Source of the DNA: a virus
IMG/VR virus record: IMGVR_UViG_3300024346_000015
Location: 53,615 to 117,614 of that record
DNA length: 64,000 nucleotides
Strand: one strand, 5' to 3'
Made by a program: the position numbers and the translations under genes. The notes below the pieces were generated by a model. That model was not told the DNA's origin, ran no database searches, and saw only the letters and a program-made list of their open reading frames with translations. This document shows positions 46,694 to 55,361 of the stretch, piece after piece. Positions within the stretch are counted from its first letter, which is position 1. Every line of letters begins with the position of its first letter.

Positions 46694-47880
46694 TTCAGTT
46701 TCAGTGCTTTCTGTAAATCCTGTGGACTCTGAGATGCCAAGTCCGCGAACTTCAACTTCTGATCGTTTCGTTTAATGCTATTATACTTCATCAGTACCGC
46801 TTTGGCAAGGTTTTGTTTCAAGTTTACTTTCTTACCGTTCTTGAACTCGATCACTCCACCCTTAGATAGATCAGCAACTCTACGCAACTGAACAATGATG
46901 TTCTTGTCTGCCGCTTTACGGTCATCTGCCGTTGCCTTCACATCGTCATCGTCAGCAGAGTCCTTACCACGTTTATCCATAGCACGGAATGCATCACGTT
47001 TCGCACTCTCTAGAATACTGTCTTCAAACAACTTTGCAGCTTGTTTCATACTTATGGTTTTGATATCACCGAATTGGTTCTTGGTTCTAACAGTAATCTT
47101 ACGTCCACTCATATCGAAATCAAGTGTGTAGGTCTTACCGTCTTTACCACGAACGTTCTTGAGTGCTTCGTTGACTGCGGGTTTGTCGTGAGTGTAACCT
47201 AACTTAGCATACTTGTCATGATCCGCCTGAGTATCTGCATCGTACTCTTTACCAGTTTCGGGATCATACATCTTGTGAGGTTTGAACGCTTCTTCCAACG
47301 ATTCTTTGATGATCTTAACTGGATATAACGCAGAACCGCCAGTCTTGGGATCGATCTGCATAGCGTATGGAACGCCTTTCATCTTAGTCTTATAATCTTT
47401 ATGAATCTTGGCATAGTTCTTCGCGGTCATCTCGATCTCGCCCTTGGCATTTAACTTGCCCATTGCTTCATCAAGAACTTCTTCGTTACGCTTACCTTTC
47501 TGGTATGCGTTGTACTCTTTACGTCTCTCTGCATCTTTCTTCTTCTCAGCAGGAGTCATCTGAGATACAGGTTTCTTACCCTCTACCATCGCAGATTCAA
47601 TGTACATGTTCAGTTCGTAACGTCTGTTATCTAAGTTCGCAACTTGGATATGTACATTACGGTTCTTCTTTTGAGTTGAAAGAATGTATTTGTTGGTCTT
47701 ACCCGAAGATGGTTTCTTCGGCCCCATTGCAACCTTGTTATCGATATCATCAGTAGATACGACATAACCTTTCTTCTTCGCATATGCATATGCGTGTTGC
47801 ATAGCACCAGAGAAGTCTTTGTGGTATAGGTCGTAACCAGACGAAGATTTCGCTTCTCTAATTTGATTGAAAGATTTCAT
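46690..47880 (-). CDS. Modular internal-protein-like polyprotein
   Basis: Starts MKSFNQIRE; repeated [ILV]xE-[AS] junctions. Confidence 0.65.
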   Translation of the reverse strand: MKSFNQIREAKSSSGYDLYHKDFSGAMQHAYAYAKKKGYVVSTDDIDNKVAMGPKKPSSGKTNKYILSTQKKNRNVHIQVANLDNRRYELNMYIESAMVEGKKPVSQMTPAEKKKDAERRKEYNAYQKGKRNEEVLDEAMGKLNAKGEIEMTAKNYAKIHKDYKTKMKGVPYAMQIDPKTGGSALYPVKIIKESLEEAFKPHKMYDPETGKEYDADTQADHDKYAKLGYTHDKPAVNEALKNVRGKDGKTYTLDFDMSGRKITVRTKNQFGDIKTISMKQAAKLFEDSILESAKRDAFRAMDKRGKDSADDDDVKATADDRKAADKNIIVQLRRVADLSKGGVIEFKNGKKVNLKQNLAKAVLMKYNSIKRNDQKLKFADLASQSPQDLQKALKLK

Positions 47881-47882
47881 TG

Positions 47883-48155
47883 TTATGCCAGATCCTTATC
47901 GTGATTTAGTGTGCCTTTTTTCTTTTTGACTATGAACGCATTTACTCGTGCATGTCCCCATTGTTGTGGAGTGGTGCCTGGTCTGTGACCCGTCTTCCAT
48001 GCCGCTACTCCACGGTTATATACCTTCTTGAGTGTAGCAGGCGATATACCAGACTTCTTTGCCTTCGCAGCAATACCGTCCGAACCTTCCTTTACGTCTA
48101 CCTCATCGTACATAGAATATCGTTTTTCTTCTAAGTATTTCTTGAAATTAATCAT
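47883..48155 (-). CDS. Small basic protein with RPGTTPQQW..ARVN motif (DUF5824-like, from memory)
   Basis: LKKVYNRG.AAWKTGHRPG..PQQW..ARVN.F; starts MINFKKYLEE. Confidence 0.7.
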   Translation of the reverse strand: MINFKKYLEEKRYSMYDEVDVKEGSDGIAAKAKKSGISPATLKKVYNRGVAAWKTGHRPGTTPQQWGHARVNAFIVKKKKGTLNHDKDLA

Positions 48156-49888
48156 TTGGTTTCTCTATTCTTTGCTTTGGTTGCGGCCAATCTTGCACGA
48201 TCCATCATACGATCATGTTTTGCCTTGTCAGCTTCCTTCTCACGGTCAATGGCATCTTTTGCGGCAGAGACATCGTCTTCACCCAGTAGACCGTGGAGGA
48301 CTTTTCTATCCATACCACTATACGTATTGGCGATCTTTTGTGCATAATAGTCAGTACTATGTCGCAACTTACCACCGTTCTCTTTCTTTTTACGTACCAA
48401 TAAATCTTTTAATGTCTTCAATGCGTGTTGATACTGCTTCTTATTCGTAGTAACCGACTTCAACTTGTTTAACATTCTACCCTCTGTTGTTTCAGTGGTA
48501 ATAACATTAGAGGTAGTTTTGAAGTTTTTCTTACGCATTATTGTTTTGTTAACAACTTCGAACTCATCCTTCTTACGGTCATAGTTTATGACAACCGGAA
48601 GATTCAAATCAGTTTGTAAATCTTTAATGACCGCTTCACTGTCAGGATTCTGACGAATGTTCTTCGCCTTCCTCTTTGCGATCTTCTTGAATACACGTTG
48701 TAACTCAGCCACCGTGATAGGTGGATCATTACGTTTGTCATTCATACGGTCAGCGAAATGCCGTGTGAACTCGATATCGACATCGAACTTTGCGAGCAGT
48801 CGGTCTGCGAACTTCTCAAGGTCGTTGAGTTGTTTTTGACTGACTTCTTCGTACATGTCTTTGAATTGTTTGGTGTACTTGGATGGTTTCGTTTTCGCGG
48901 TAGCATCGCCTGGAGCGGGTTTATAGGCTGAATCATCATCGTCTGCTTTCTTCCCGTGTTTCTTAAAGTGTGCATCACGTGCAACCTTAGTGGACTTCTT
49001 GAGACCAGAGTGATAACGTGCGGGTTGAGTACCTTTGCGATCCTTGATATCAGAATCTTGTGCTTCGACTAATTCAATTGCGTCAATCCACTTGCGATAC
49101 TTCTTATCCCCGCACTCTACGATTACGTAGTTGGAACCCAGAAACTTTACCACGCCAAGTTCTTCAGACTCTTTAACGACAACTGAATCACCCACTTGGA
49201 AAAGATCCCCCTGCACATACTGTTCTCTTGTTTCAGAAACAGGCGCGAGTTCAACGTGGTTCTTGAAAGATCGTTCTTCCGATAACCCCATACCCTTACG
49301 TACATCATTGAATAAAGACCGTGCGTCCTTGTTGGACATAGTTCTAGGAACACCCTGAGAGAAACTAACGAAGTCATTTTCGGATGCATTCGCTCGTTGT
49401 TTGGATGCGGACATACCTTCAACACCTTCCGCATCGGGATCTCTTGCTCCCGCAGATACTATCTTGATACTTTTAAAGTTGTAGAAACCGTGTCTAGCTT
49501 GTTTCGCATTGTATTTGTTGAGTAACGTTTCGAACTCTCGAATACGATCTGCACCGACAACCATAGTTACATTGCGGTAACCTTGGTCATACAATGATGC
49601 AGCTACATCAAATACGTTTTTGATCTTTTTGTCCATCATAACATTCCGTGCATGTTTTGGGAACATCTTACGGATATGTTTAACTTTCTGAGAATATGTC
49701 AACGGATCCTTTTTAGGATTCTGTGACTGAGACACAAACACCTTGTAGTCTGATTTACCAGACTTAGATGCCAGTGTATCCATTACCTTACCATGACCAA
49801 TTGTTGGAGGATTCATTCTACCAAAGGTAAAATAACATTCTCTCTCTTCTTCAATCAGGTATTGTGAGAAATTTTTAAGATTCTTCAC
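48152..49888 (-). CDS. Multidomain HxGH nucleotidyltransferase (cytidylyltransferase-like) with extra C-terminal modules
   Basis: FTFGRMNPPTIGH; VVGADRI.EF; MSASK; start refined to GTG 49888 (MKNLKNFSQYLIEE). Confidence 0.82.
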   Translation of the reverse strand: MKNLKNFSQYLIEEERECYFTFGRMNPPTIGHGKVMDTLASKSGKSDYKVFVSQSQNPKKDPLTYSQKVKHIRKMFPKHARNVMMDKKIKNVFDVAASLYDQGYRNVTMVVGADRIREFETLLNKYNAKQARHGFYNFKSIKIVSAGARDPDAEGVEGMSASKQRANASENDFVSFSQGVPRTMSNKDARSLFNDVRKGMGLSEERSFKNHVELAPVSETREQYVQGDLFQVGDSVVVKESEELGVVKFLGSNYVIVECGDKKYRKWIDAIELVEAQDSDIKDRKGTQPARYHSGLKKSTKVARDAHFKKHGKKADDDDSAYKPAPGDATAKTKPSKYTKQFKDMYEEVSQKQLNDLEKFADRLLAKFDVDIEFTRHFADRMNDKRNDPPITVAELQRVFKKIAKRKAKNIRQNPDSEAVIKDLQTDLNLPVVINYDRKKDEFEVVNKTIMRKKNFKTTSNVITTETTEGRMLNKLKSVTTNKKQYQHALKTLKDLLVRKKKENGGKLRHSTDYYAQKIANTYSGMDRKVLHGLLGEDDVSAAKDAIDREKEADKAKHDRMMDRARLAATKAKNRETK

Positions 49889-50342
49889 TCTTGCCCCTCT
49901 TACGTGCCAATTCTTGTTTGCGAACTTTGGGTAACAATTTCTTCGCAAGTTTATCGATTTTAGGTTTCATTTTGTCCAGACGTTTTTCGATTTCCATTCG
50001 TCTAGCCATATTTAGGTCGGCTTTACCGACACCTTTTGTCAACTTTTTGGCAAGCATATTACGTGCTTGTTTCTTCGCACGTTTCTTTAGGGTATCCATA
50101 TTAGCAATCTTACGTGCAGCTCTTGCACGACCTATTGCGATCTTGGGGGCGAGTTTCTTCATTTGACGCGCCTTCTTCAGACGCTGTTGAATATTAAGAG
50201 CCGCTTGGAGTTCTACCTCTTCACTGTTGTTACCAGTGGGTATATCCTTTTTGCGTTTCTTACTATTGAGCGCGAGTTGATCATCTCCGGTCTGAGTATA
50301 ATCGACTGCTATGAAATCTTTAAAACCTAACTTCTTAGGCAT
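49875..50342 (-). CDS. Very basic helical protein (probable DNA-binding core protein)
   Basis: Lys/Arg-rich; starts MPKKLGFKDF. Confidence 0.7.
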   Translation of the reverse strand: MPKKLGFKDFIAVDYTQTGDDQLALNSKKRKKDIPTGNNSEEVELQAALNIQQRLKKARQMKKLAPKIAIGRARAARKIANMDTLKKRAKKQARNMLAKKLTKGVGKADLNMARRMEIEKRLDKMKPKIDKLAKKLLPKVRKQELARKRGKSEES

Positions 50343-50366
50343 AACGTCCTCTTTTGGTTTTTCCCA

Positions 50367-51587
50367 TTAATTACGACTAGGTTTGTCCCAGCCTTTAACA
50401 ACATCGGGCGAAAAGTTATTATAGGAGAATTCCATCCTATTAACCAATTTCACCGCATCACCACCAAGTGTATCAATAGCGACATATCCTTCTTCACCAG
50501 TGGTCTTATAACCATTGGTAGTCTTAACGAACGTGTCGATATTTTTTAAACTATCAAGTTTATTTATAAGAATTAGTTTCGCAAGAACTATGTTTTTTTG
50601 CAATTCGAACATCTGAACTAACGATCTTTGGTTTTTTTGTGAGAAGAATGTCAGTATATCATCTAACTTCTGTTGTTGTACACCCTTACCTTTCTCGGTC
50701 TTTCTCTTATCGATCTCTTTCTGGAACTTCTTATTGATCCAACCGATAAGACCACGAACGTGCGCTTTAGTGTTCGTAATGACCATTCCTTCCCGCACAA
50801 AAGTGTTGTTGTACTGTTCGATCAACTGTGCGAGATCTTGTTTACTTTCTAGTTCACGTAACGTTGTACCCGATACTTTGTTGAACAGTTGACCGCACGT
50901 AGTCAGGTAACCATTCACGGCTTCAGTTTCTTTCTTGGTCAGTGTTGCCCCTTGTTCGTTAGACAACATCGCATCCTGTGACCATACGTTAGTAGACTTA
51001 CGGAACTTAGACACGTCCACACCATACTGCGCTTTCATACTTTCGAACGTATCACCAGTATAGGTTGTGTGCCATACAATACCGATCTTCGCCTTCTTGA
51101 CTTCCGCAGCCTGTTCTACAGGTACCGCATAGATGATTGTGTTTGGGTGAAAGACAACATACGACTTACCGTCAATCTTCTTGGTCTCTAGGTCTGATTT
51201 TGAGAACAAGAAATCTCCTTGGACGACACCCTTGATACCCAGAGAGGGAAGATACTCAAGTGCATCTTTCATCTTACTGGCCAGATCACCAGACATATCC
51301 GCATCAATTTCTGCGTTAGTCTTATAGATCTTTGGGTTCTTTGCAAAGATACCTTTCTTCGCCACAAAGAACTTACCGTCAGATGGATCTTGTCCACAGA
51401 AGATTGCAGGCGCACCGTCCCACTTGACCGATACTTTACTCGCCTTCTTACCACCCAACATGTCACGCATATCACGTAACGCATTGATTGCCGAACGAGT
51501 ACCAGCGACACCCCCATAGAGAACCTTATCCTCAATGTGGGTCATGTGGGTATTTTTCTGTTCTGTTATAAAGTTTTTAAAGTCCAT
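50367..51587 (-). CDS. DUF6267-like protein with ATP-dependent ligase-superfamily motifs
   Basis: KNTH.THIED; KWDG; QGDF; EGYV; VKLVNR. Confidence 0.7.
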   Translation of the reverse strand: MDFKNFITEQKNTHMTHIEDKVLYGGVAGTRSAINALRDMRDMLGGKKASKVSVKWDGAPAIFCGQDPSDGKFFVAKKGIFAKNPKIYKTNAEIDADMSGDLASKMKDALEYLPSLGIKGVVQGDFLFSKSDLETKKIDGKSYVVFHPNTIIYAVPVEQAAEVKKAKIGIVWHTTYTGDTFESMKAQYGVDVSKFRKSTNVWSQDAMLSNEQGATLTKKETEAVNGYLTTCGQLFNKVSGTTLRELESKQDLAQLIEQYNNTFVREGMVITNTKAHVRGLIGWINKKFQKEIDKRKTEKGKGVQQQKLDDILTFFSQKNQRSLVQMFELQKNIVLAKLILINKLDSLKNIDTFVKTTNGYKTTGEEGYVAIDTLGGDAVKLVNRMEFSYNNFSPDVVKGWDKPSRN

Positions 51588-52699
51588 TAGAATTTCAACG
51601 TGGTGAAGTCACACATCATTCGTGTGGGGTAACCATCTTTGCCTTGAGTGTCTCGTATATTTAGTTTGAATCTATAGTACGGTGAACTGAGTTCCATGTC
51701 AATACGTTTACCTCGACCTGTCTTACCACCGTAGTGAACGGTACAAGTAGTAACCTTTGATGCAGCTTGCATCGCAGCGAGATCCATCTTCTTGGAATGA
51801 ACGTTCTTCTTCATCTTATGGATGACATGGTAACCGTGACCGATACCACTTTCGAGTAATGCCTTCATCGCCTGTTTGTCTGGTCGGGTAACGACTTTAC
51901 CACCTTTGGTCTTAACATCGTCATTGAATATACCACAGAATCTCTCGTTGTCAATACCGAATAGATTGAGTAACTTCAGACCATCAGCGTTCTGGATCTT
52001 ACCTTCTTTGATTTCTTTGGGGGTTAACTTGGTACGGACACCTACGTTGAAGAACGTGGTGGTAGACTCGAACTTGAGACTGAGATAGACTTTGGTTCCG
52101 TCTTCCTTTATCAGGGTAACATCAGTAACACTAGAACCGATATCTGTACCCACACCTTTAGTGTTAGTCAAAACGATATTAGCGCCAGTGAAGTTCAATG
52201 GTCTCTTGGTGTTCTCTCCACCCACAACATTGATCTTGAGTGTCTTGGAACCACTGAGATCATACAACTCATCAAGATGCATGATCGCCTTGAGATTACC
52301 CTCATCTTTTACGGCATCCTTACCTTCCGCATACCAAGTATTCAGATCATTTGCAAACGAAGTCTCAAACAGATTACCTCTATTCTTCACACCACGATTA
52401 CCACTAGAACCATTACCATACTTGATACGTACAGTCTTTACTCCAGCGTTACGTTTGATGTCACCGATATCCTCTACCGCCTTGAAGGTACGAGCTATGT
52501 TGATATCTTTCTGTTTTTTCATGTCGATGTTGATCGGTGCTTCTACACCTTTGTTCGACAAGTACTTGAATAGTGCGAGTACATCTGCAACACTATCATG
52601 TGGCCAGTCCGCCAGAGTGGTTGAGATTTCATCTTCCGTTTTAGGGAAGAATGAATATGCTTCCCCCAACATCTCGACATGTTGTTTAAATCGTAACAT
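51587..52699 (-). CDS. PD-(D/E)xK restriction-endonuclease-like late protein
   Basis: G..FE ... TDV ... LSLK; TATAAATA at 52739-52746. Confidence 0.6.
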   Translation of the reverse strand: MLRFKQHVEMLGEAYSFFPKTEDEISTTLADWPHDSVADVLALFKYLSNKGVEAPINIDMKKQKDINIARTFKAVEDIGDIKRNAGVKTVRIKYGNGSSGNRGVKNRGNLFETSFANDLNTWYAEGKDAVKDEGNLKAIMHLDELYDLSGSKTLKINVVGGENTKRPLNFTGANIVLTNTKGVGTDIGSSVTDVTLIKEDGTKVYLSLKFESTTTFFNVGVRTKLTPKEIKEGKIQNADGLKLLNLFGIDNERFCGIFNDDVKTKGGKVVTRPDKQAMKALLESGIGHGYHVIHKMKKNVHSKKMDLAAMQAASKVTTCTVHYGGKTGRGKRIDMELSSPYYRFKLNIRDTQGKDGYPTRMMCDFTTLKF

Positions 52700-52741
52700 C
52701 TGTTTGTCCCAGTGAGTAATTTAAATTAATTATAACACTAT

Positions 52742-53419
52742 TTATAACAAAACGGAAGTAGAACTTTGCTCCTCATTGTATTTTTCTATGGTCTCACGGA
52801 GAGGACGAACCCAGTTATCACGGTGTTCGATGAACACTTGAGGGGCATTACCATCAACAGAAATGACAGTAACCAACTGAGTGATAGGTTGACCAGTACG
52901 TTCTTCCCACATGATTGCATACGCAGCTTCTTGCATGAAGTAGTTCTTAATCCAGTCTTTACGTTTAGGTTTCATCGAAGTCTTGTAGTCAATGATAGAT
53001 GGTTTGCCATCGAAGATACCCACGCAATCCACTCGACCCGCCACACCAAGGTGGTTGGAGTACAGTGGTGCCTCTTGAGCATACACTTTAGTCAGACGTT
53101 CATCTAGTATTGGTTTCAAATCAAGAAACGATTGTACAATGTCCGGAGTATAACCATCCTTGAAGTTGGGATCATTATCAACATACTTCTCAAGGATCTC
53201 GTGAACAGATGTACCACGAGTAGACGCACGATAAGAGATACGGTTAGCTTCCGCATCACCGACCTTCTTACGCCACTTGGCAATTGAGTCACGACTAAGT
53301 ATAGATAGTACAGTAGTAATAGAAGGTAGATTGACACCCTCTGGAGTTTTGTATTTACGACCAGAGTCCGTAGTAACGGCATTCATCTCAGTCAATTCAA
53401 CGCTTTCATGTTCAAACAT
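52742..53419 (-). CDS. Cas4-like PD-(D/E)xK exonuclease
   Basis: PSITTVL; RGT.VH; GRVDC; IIDYKTS; QEAAY; promoter TTGACA-N17-TATAAT at 53449-53477. Confidence 0.88.
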   Translation of the reverse strand: MFEHESVELTEMNAVTTDSGRKYKTPEGVNLPSITTVLSILSRDSIAKWRKKVGDAEANRISYRASTRGTSVHEILEKYVDNDPNFKDGYTPDIVQSFLDLKPILDERLTKVYAQEAPLYSNHLGVAGRVDCVGIFDGKPSIIDYKTSMKPKRKDWIKNYFMQEAAYAIMWEERTGQPITQLVTVISVDGNAPQVFIEHRDNWVRPLRETIEKYNEEQSSTSVLL

Positions 53420-53473
53420 ATATATCTCTCTTCTCGGTAACAGCTGTTATTATACAGGAAAATACAGTTATTG

Positions 53474-53713
53474 TCAAGCCATAGTTTCAATTAAATTTCG
53501 TGCAAGGAAGGTCAGTCCCAGACCATTTACCAGTATCAACGCCCTGTCTTTCCAGAGTATCGATACCCATAACCATCCGATTACACCCACAAACGATAGA
53601 CTCAGGTCATAGATCTGGAGTCCATCAACACCTCTGATTGACATGGCACTGATCATCAATACGGATGCGGCCCACTTTACATACCAATCTAATTCTCTCT
53701 TAGCCCCAGACAT
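53474..53713 (-). CDS. Small multi-TM protein
   Basis: WY.KW.AS; three hydrophobic segments. Confidence 0.65.
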   Translation of the reverse strand: MSGAKRELDWYVKWAASVLMISAMSIRGVDGLQIYDLSLSFVGVIGWLWVSILWKDRALILVNGLGLTFLARNLIETMA

Positions 53714-53891
53714 CTGGTAATCCTTCTTGTGACTGTTCCATATAGTACTCGCCCGGATAGTGTCTCAGACATCTGTACGCTTCCTTGCGTACTGCACTAG
53801 GTACCCTTGGAGTCTTCTTTGGATCTAACAAGTCAATCAAGAACTGACGGGTGTTGTTAACCGCCCATGTTCTCTCATCTGGCATTGTCAC
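53700..53891 (-). CDS. Conserved small protein
   Basis: MPDERT.AV...R.FL..LLDPKKTPRVP...R.EA..CLRHYP. Confidence 0.7.
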   Translation of the reverse strand: MTMPDERTWAVNNTRQFLIDLLDPKKTPRVPSAVRKEAYRCLRHYPGEYYMEQSQEGLPDVWG

Positions 53892-54059
53892 TCTGCAACC
53901 TCCAACCACTCGAAGTGTCCGTTCTGCGGGTTGAACTGAGCGCATGATGTTGCGGCTGAATCTAATCGCCATTGGTTCTGAACTGAACCCGCACCTAACA
54001 TCGACCCCACAATTACTCCAATAAACACTACCACAGCGTAAATCATCAATTCGTTATTT

Positions 54060-54443
54060 CTACTCATCTCTCAATCCTCTATGTTCCAATTCAAGTTCCA
54101 TCGCTTTACGTATAACAGGTCTAATAAACAGTTGTTGTGTTTCCAAGACCGCTTCAATATGAGCGGTATCCATCTCACTCAATTTAACATACGATAACGG
54201 TTGATCACCATCTTTACCGTATGTACCCCACTCAACAGACTCTCGTATCACACTGAACTTATCGGTATCATACACAGCCAGACTGATTTGATCCTCGTGT
54301 ACGGACGCACGAATATAGTCTAGACCACCATCCACCACATATTTTTTACCGTTGGCATCGGTATGACTCTGATAATCGTGACGGTTACGTGACACGAGAA
54401 TCGTGCCATCCGGAGTCTGTATTGCATTTCTAACTAATGTCAT
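54060..54443 (-). CDS. Conserved hypothetical protein
   Basis: NAI.TPDGT.L.S..RHDY; VDGG..Y.R; WGTYG. Confidence 0.7.
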   Translation of the reverse strand: MTLVRNAIQTPDGTILVSRNRHDYQSHTDANGKKYVVDGGLDYIRASVHEDQISLAVYDTDKFSVIRESVEWGTYGKDGDQPLSYVKLSEMDTAHIEAVLETQQLFIRPVIRKAMELELEHRGLRDE

Positions 54444-55069
54444 AGTTTCTCTCTCATTGTTTTCATTCTATTCTTAGACTCGACCCACTTCTCGAACGTC
54501 TGAGGTTTACGGGGTTCTCCAAATGCGAGACCCTTTCTCTTGAACTCGTGTTTCAGAATCTTCTTCTCGTCTGCACCCATGAAGGTACCTACCAGACTCA
54601 CTAGGCATTGACGGAACGAACGTCCGTGGTGCATGTGACCCAGAGTATGGGCAAGTTCATGGAGTAAGATGTACTTATTGAATCCGTTAATCGGACACAG
54701 AGTGACGGTACGACCGTTGGTAAAACCGGACAGGGTTTTGTTACGTTTACTCATCACGACAATCTCAGGTTGAGAGTTGAAGATACGACCCATGTCATCA
54801 TCAAGAGATTTCTGCCACAACTTGATCCAAGTCTTGGATTTGTAGATCTTCTTGGAGAGTTTGCGGATCTCTTCAACAGTGTCGTAAGTCGGGATATCGA
54901 CTTGACGCATAAAGAGGTTCTCGGCCGAGTAAGTCATCTGACGTTCGGAATCGCGAGACTTCGACCCTTTGTTTTGTTTCGCTTTATGTTTGGTGAGATA
55001 TTGGTTGTACTTATGTTCATCGGAATCGTACAACGGCATGTCAAAGTAATTATAGAGCGACATTGTCAC
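54440..55069 (-). CDS. HExxH metallopeptidase-like (SprT/M48-type)
   Basis: LLHELAH....HHG..F. Confidence 0.72.
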   Translation of the reverse strand: MTMSLYNYFDMPLYDSDEHKYNQYLTKHKAKQNKGSKSRDSERQMTYSAENLFMRQVDIPTYDTVEEIRKLSKKIYKSKTWIKLWQKSLDDDMGRIFNSQPEIVVMSKRNKTLSGFTNGRTVTLCPINGFNKYILLHELAHTLGHMHHGRSFRQCLVSLVGTFMGADEKKILKHEFKRKGLAFGEPRKPQTFEKWVESKNRMKTMREKL

Positions 55070-55241
55070 CTCCAGTCATTCCAACCCATGCATAGGCAGG
55101 GTTCGCACAGAACATTCCGATCTCATCGAAACCTAAGATGCAGAACCCTTCTTCAGGGTTAGTGCCTTTCTCAAACTCGACTAACTCGTAGCCAGCACGG
55201 AACTCACGGACGGTGTTGATGTCAACTAATTCTACTTTCAT
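55050..55241 (-). CDS. Hypothetical early protein
   Basis: Downstream of the cassette promoter TTGACA-N17-TATAAT (55279-55307). Confidence 0.6.
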   Translation of the reverse strand: MKVELVDINTVREFRAGYELVEFEKGTNPEEGFCILGFDEIGMFCANPAYAWVGMTGGDNVAL

Positions 55242-55328
55242 AATATATTCTCTCTCAGTTCTCATAATCAATACAAGTATTATAGATGACTGGGCAGGAA
55301 ATGTCAAGCGCTCATTTGCAAATAAAGC

Positions 55329-55354
55329 AAAAAAAAGGGGATATTTCTATCCCC
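55329..55354 (-). terminator. Rho-independent terminator
   Basis: GGGGATA-GAAA-TATCCCC followed by T8. Confidence 0.88.
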
Positions 55355-55361
55355 CCAAAGG

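Noticed and set aside
52742-53419. Cas4-like gene as a sign of CRISPR
   Set aside because: No repeat-spacer array or other cas genes; such solo exonucleases are common in T4-like phages.
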